Assembly: GCA_046758365.1 (NCBI GenBank)
Contig: JBHIAC010000114.1
Location: 1 to 11,057, forward strand
Direction of reading: 5' to 3'
Origin: a bacterium
GTDB lineage: Bacteria > Zhuqueibacterota > Zhuqueibacteria > Oceanimicrobiales > Oceanimicrobiaceae
Length of the DNA stretch: 11,057 bases
The notes beneath the pieces were generated by a model. It made no database searches. It worked only from the letters and a program-made list of their open reading frames with translations, and was not told where the DNA came from. Within the stretch, counting starts at the first letter, position 1. Each line of letters begins with the position of its first letter. Made by a program: the position numbers and the translations under genes. This document shows positions 8,007-11,057 of this stretch, in pieces.

Positions 8007-8222
8007 ATGACAAAAGAAAACGAAAAAAATGGTTTAATAGAAGGTATGTGTCCAATATTGGATTTACCATGCCCCCAGGGAGAAGAGTCGGCTTCGGAAT
8101 GCTGCCTGCGTTACCAAAGTGATTTTGACCCTATGGAGAGATTTCGGGATTTCAGTATATTGGAATGTGCGACTGTTCGAGCAGCAAGGATGCGGGGAGC
8201 TACTATCAAGCATTTGTTTTAA
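8007..8222 (+). CDS. Small Cys-rich hypothetical protein (71 aa)
   Basis: The ORF fills the gap between vorA (stop 7990) and the radical SAM gene (start 8236), with 16- and 13-nt spacers; it is more GC-rich than the local intergenic DNA. Five Cys: CP-x5-CP-x8-CC-x20-C. No family recognised, and the RBS is weak. Confidence 0.7.
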   Translation: MTKENEKNGLIEGMCPILDLPCPQGEESASECCLRYQSDFDPMERFRDFSILECATVRAARMRGATIKHLF

Positions 8223-8235
8223 TTAAAGTTTACAT

Positions 8236-9042
8236 ATGACGTTACTGAAATTACAAAAAGGTATTGTGTATGGACCAATAAAATCAAGAAGGTTGGGTCG
8301 GTCTTTAGGCCTAAACCTTTTACCTAATCATTTCAAAATGTGTTCTTTGAATTGTTCTTATTGTCAATATGGCTGGACATCAATGCAGACTACAAGTGGA
8401 AAGGGTTGCGAGAATCAATTGCCCTCTGTTCAGGAAGTTGTCCTGGCTTTAAGGAAAGCATTTCTATTACATAGAAATTTTGCCTACATTACATTTTCTG
8501 GCAATGGAGAACCAACCCTTCACCCGGATTTTCCAGAAATAATTGATATTGTTCAAGGAATGAGGGATCAATTTAGGCCAGAAGTAAAATTAGCCATTTT
8601 ATCCAATAGTACGACAAGTGGGGACCCAGTAATAAGAGAAGCATTGGAAAAAATAGATTTACCCATAATGAAATTAGATGTTGGAAACGAACAAGCTTTT
8701 AAAAGAATGAATCATGGAATTCCACTGATAACTTTAGAGAGTATAGTTGAGGGGCTTAGGTCGCTAAAAAAGTTTGTCATCCAGAGCATGTTTATTCGGG
8801 GGAAAATTGATAATAGCTCCGATTGGGAAGTCATGAGTTGGATTAAAAGGCTGCAAGAGTTAAAACCATTATGGGTTCAAATTTACAGTATTGATCGTGG
8901 AACCGCAAGTGCCCAGCTAGAAAAAGTGGAAATAAGTCGGTTGAAAGAAATTGCTCGAATAGCGGAAAAGATGACTGGATTGAGGATAGAAGTATATAGC
9001 ACCAAGGAAGATATTGAAGATATTCATAAGATGGACCTTTAG
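8236..9042 (+). CDS. Radical SAM protein, COG0731-type (Tyw1-like Fe-S oxidoreductase family), function unknown
   Basis: N-terminal YGPIKSRRLGRSLGLNL signature, CxxxCxxC (CSLNCSYC), FSGNGEPTLHP, ILSNS, KLD, and QIYSIDR near the C-terminus; 268 aa; no SPASM/twitch Cys cluster. Confidence 0.88.
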   Translation: MTLLKLQKGIVYGPIKSRRLGRSLGLNLLPNHFKMCSLNCSYCQYGWTSMQTTSGKGCENQLPSVQEVVLALRKAFLLHRNFAYITFSGNGEPTLHPDFPEIIDIVQGMRDQFRPEVKLAILSNSTTSGDPVIREALEKIDLPIMKLDVGNEQAFKRMNHGIPLITLESIVEGLRSLKKFVIQSMFIRGKIDNSSDWEVMSWIKRLQELKPLWVQIYSIDRGTASAQLEKVEISRLKEIARIAEKMTGLRIEVYSTKEDIEDIHKMDL

Positions 9043-9072
9043 TAGGTGGGATTTTGTGATTGATTATATAGT

Positions 9073-9120
9073 ATTCTTAAATTTAAGAATTTTTTTAATT
9101 AATTTTCTACTTTTTGAGAG
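9073..9120. promoter_or_regulatory. Second copy of tandem palindromic operator upstream of the second sigma54 regulator
   Basis: Perfect 18-bp palindrome ATTCTTAAATTTAAGAAT (9073-9090; core TTCTTA-N4-TAAGAA) plus degenerate TTCTAC-TTTT-TGAGAG at 9105-9120 (31-bp offset). Confidence 0.5.
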
Positions 9121-9174
9121 AGAACACTAAATTATTAAATCGTTTACGTTAAAAAAGTGTACTCTAAGTATTTT

Positions 9175-10566
9175 ATGAAAAGAAAAGCTAATGTTTTAAT
9201 AATTGATGATGATAAAGAGATTCTGCTGAGCTGTGCAAGGACTCTCCAAAATAATGGCGATTATAATGTAACCACAATCAGCAACAGCACTCAGGCGCTA
9301 AATGAGATTGAGTCTGAAGAATTTGATCTAATCCTTTGCGATTTGTCCATGCCAAATTACAGTGGCATGGAGCTTCTCCGAAAAGCAAAAGTCGTTGCAC
9401 CAGAAACGCCGTTTGTAATATTTAGCGGATACGGAAACGTGGAAAGAGCCGTACAGGCCATGCGGGACGGCGCTTTTGATTTTATCGAAAAACCGTTTAA
9501 GAAAGAGCGTCTAAAGGTGGTTGTGGAAAAATCTCTACATCATAGAAATTTACACAAACAAAAACGTGCTCTGCAAAATCAGTTGGAGAAAAGGTATCAT
9601 TTTGACAATATTATTGGTAAAAGTCCATCCATACAGATGGTATTTGACATGATTTCCCGAATTGCCGAGGGTGAATCCAATGTAACTATCACGGGAGAAA
9701 GTGGAACCGGAAAGGAACTGGTAGCTCGTAGCATCCATGCACACAGTCTTAGGAAATCCAAACCTTTTGTTCCAATAAACTGTGGAGCATTTCCAGAAAA
9801 TCTTTTTGAAAGTGAATTGTTTGGATATGAAAAGGGAGCTTTTACTGGGGCCTATCGACGAAAACCAGGTCTTGTAGAATTTGCCGATGGTGGCACTTTT
9901 TTTCTGGATGAAATTTGTGAGCTTAGTCATGCCTTACAAGTTAAACTTCTTCGCATGCTTCAGGATAGAAAGATTCGTAGAGTGGGCGGTAACGAGCTCA
10001 TAGATGTGGATGTCCGAATTATATCAGCATCAAATAGGAATTTGGTACAGGCTTTAAAGGATGGTTATTTAAGAGAAGATTTATATTATCGGTTAAACGT
10101 GATTTCTATCGAACTTCCGTCCTTACGTGAAAGAAAGGAAGATATACCACTTTTATGTCATAATTTTATTGATAAATATTCCAAACTAACGCCTAAAAGG
10201 ATTAAGGGAATTTCTGTGCAAGCATTGAAGCTTTTGCAAGAATATAGCTGGCCCGGAAATGTTCGGGAGTTAGAGAATGTCATTGAACGCGCCATTACAT
10301 TGGCCAAAGACGAATGGATTCAACCTGTAGATTTACCAGAGAATATTGTCTGTGTTAATGAGGATTACCTTCAGGCTCAAATCAGCCTACCTTTGAAAGA
10401 AGCTCGGCAGCGGTTGGTGGCCAGTTTTGAGCAAGATTATTTGATAAAAATGTTAGAACGCCATCATGGTAATATAACTAATGCAGCAAAAAGCAGTGGT
10501 GTTGATCGTCGAACATTCCACCGGCTATTAAACCGACACCATATTAATTCAAGGGATTGGAAATAA
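9175..10566 (+). CDS. Sigma54-dependent response regulator (REC-AAA+-HTH), no adjacent kinase
   Basis: VLIIDDD...ILCDLSMP...IFSGYG...FIEKPF; GESGTGKE; GAFTGA; FFLDEI; LREDLYYRLNV; WPGNVRELEN; HTH GNITNAAKSSGVDRRTFHRLL. ATG 9175 is preferred over GTG 9157 on receiver-domain length; neither has a clear RBS. Confidence 0.93.
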   Translation: MKRKANVLIIDDDKEILLSCARTLQNNGDYNVTTISNSTQALNEIESEEFDLILCDLSMPNYSGMELLRKAKVVAPETPFVIFSGYGNVERAVQAMRDGAFDFIEKPFKKERLKVVVEKSLHHRNLHKQKRALQNQLEKRYHFDNIIGKSPSIQMVFDMISRIAEGESNVTITGESGTGKELVARSIHAHSLRKSKPFVPINCGAFPENLFESELFGYEKGAFTGAYRRKPGLVEFADGGTFFLDEICELSHALQVKLLRMLQDRKIRRVGGNELIDVDVRIISASNRNLVQALKDGYLREDLYYRLNVISIELPSLRERKEDIPLLCHNFIDKYSKLTPKRIKGISVQALKLLQEYSWPGNVRELENVIERAITLAKDEWIQPVDLPENIVCVNEDYLQAQISLPLKEARQRLVASFEQDYLIKMLERHHGNITNAAKSSGVDRRTFHRLLNRHHINSRDWK

Positions 10567-10642
10567 AATTAGAGCTTTTTGCATTGCAATTTCATTTTTC
10601 CTACCCGAGGACTGGCGCATAGCACTGAAGAAATTTGCTTTT

Positions 10643-10657
10643 TGGCAATAAAGGCGC
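10643..10657 (+). promoter_or_regulatory. Possible sigma54 (-24/-12) promoter upstream of hypA
   Basis: TGGCAA-TAAAG-GCGC has exact GG-N10-GC spacing but lacks the TT before the -12 GC; 46 nt upstream of the hypA ATG and directly after a sigma54 activator gene. Confidence 0.35.
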
Positions 10658-10703
10658 TAAATTTGAAACAAATTCAGCAATTCAAAAGAATAGCACGAAA
10701 AAA

Positions 10704-11057
10704 ATGCATGAACTTTCCATCGCAAATTCCATTGTCTCGACAGTGCTGGAGGAAATGAAGCGGCGGGAACTACCAAGCGTTAAGTCGATTGTATTACGAG
10801 TCGGGGCTCTAAGCGATATCGTTCCAGAATCGCTTCTGTTTAGCTTTGAGGTAATTACAATAGATACTCCACTTACAAATACCAAACTTAAAATCGAGCA
10901 TATACCCGTGCAAGGAAAGTGTCACAAATGTGGCCATGATTTTGCGGTGGAAAACAACCTCTTTGTATGCCCCCACTGTCAATCAGGACAAATAGAGATT
11001 ACCCGTGGTCAGGAGCTGGATATTGCCTATTTGGAAGTAGAAAACGGTCACGATGAT
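10704..11057 (+). CDS. hypA: Hydrogenase maturation nickel metallochaperone HypA (stop beyond window edge)
   Basis: Manual translation from ATG 10704: MHELSIANSIVSTVLEEM...LRVGALSDIVPESLLFSFEV...GKCHKCGHDF...FVCPHCQS...RGQELDIAYLEVENGHDD. It has the N-terminal MHE Ni-binding motif and two CxxC Zn motifs; 118 codons to the window end. Not in the ORF track. Confidence 0.96.
   Translation, partial: MHELSIANSIVSTVLEEMKRRELPSVKSIVLRVGALSDIVPESLLFSFEVITIDTPLTNTKLKIEHIPVQGKCHKCGHDFAVENNLFVCPHCQSGQIEITRGQELDIAYLEVENGHDD

Noticed and set aside
8007..9042. Classical sactipeptide/ranthipeptide RiPP cluster
   Set aside because: The rSAM is only 268 aa with no SPASM/twitch Cys motif or evident RRE, and there is no peptidase or transporter in the window. 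It is kept only as an open hypothesis in the findings.
3846..10295. Near-identical DNA stretches between the two bEBP genes (e.g. GGAAATGTTCG.GA.TTAGAGAATGT.ATTGAACG at ~3846 and ~10255)
   Set aside because: They encode universally conserved AAA+ motifs (GNVRELENVIER) and differ at third codon positions; paralogy plus codon bias explains them, not a repeat element.
1313..10885. Minus-strand ORFs (1313-1687, 1940-2125, 2648-3325, 2934-3137, 3261-3458, 3326-3598, 5020-5346, 5410-5613, 5731-5922, 5829-6059, 6533-6826, 7364-7582, 9550-9930, 10682-10885) and plus-strand 7449-7640
   Set aside because: All lie within or largely overlap well-supported genes (10682-10885 is antisense to hypA) and show no recognisable motifs; typical shadow ORFs.
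11053..11057. Possible overlapping ATG of a following hypB
   Set aside because: Only 5 nt are visible; cannot be supported.
1..11057. CRISPR arrays, tRNA/rRNA, IS elements, intrinsic terminators
   Set aside because: No regularly spaced repeats, cloverleaf/rRNA signatures, transposase motifs or convincing GC hairpin + U-tract seen.

Overview
AT-rich bacterial region, probably from an anaerobe or facultative anaerobe; taxon cannot be assigned from the sequence. On the minus strand at the left edge is a 3'-truncated glycine oxidase gene (thiO, more GC-rich, absent from the ORF track). Divergent from it, all on the plus strand, are: a soluble two-PAS histidine kinase; a sigma54-dependent (NtrC/AtoC-family) response regulator; a ~390-bp regulatory spacer; a stand-alone receiver protein; and a Vor-type 2-oxoacid:ferredoxin oxidoreductase cluster (2x[4Fe-4S] ferredoxin subunit, alpha/VorB, fused beta-gamma/VorA). 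These are followed by a 71-aa Cys-rich ORF, a COG0731-type radical SAM protein, a second sigma54 response regulator with no adjacent kinase, and hypA (runs off the right edge, also absent from the ORF track). Most notable: (i) the small Cys-rich ORF + radical SAM pair packed onto the end of the oxidoreductase operon; (ii) a palindrome TTCTTA-N4-TAAGAA that recurs, each time with a helically phased partner site, in two intergenic regions (candidate enhancer/operator); (iii) a GC-rich, GGA-repeat, anti-SD-containing stem-loop just downstream of a putative sigma54 promoter; (iv) a one-kinase/three-receiver circuit with a NifL-like PAS domain, which may link redox sensing to 2-oxoacid oxidation and hydrogenase maturation.
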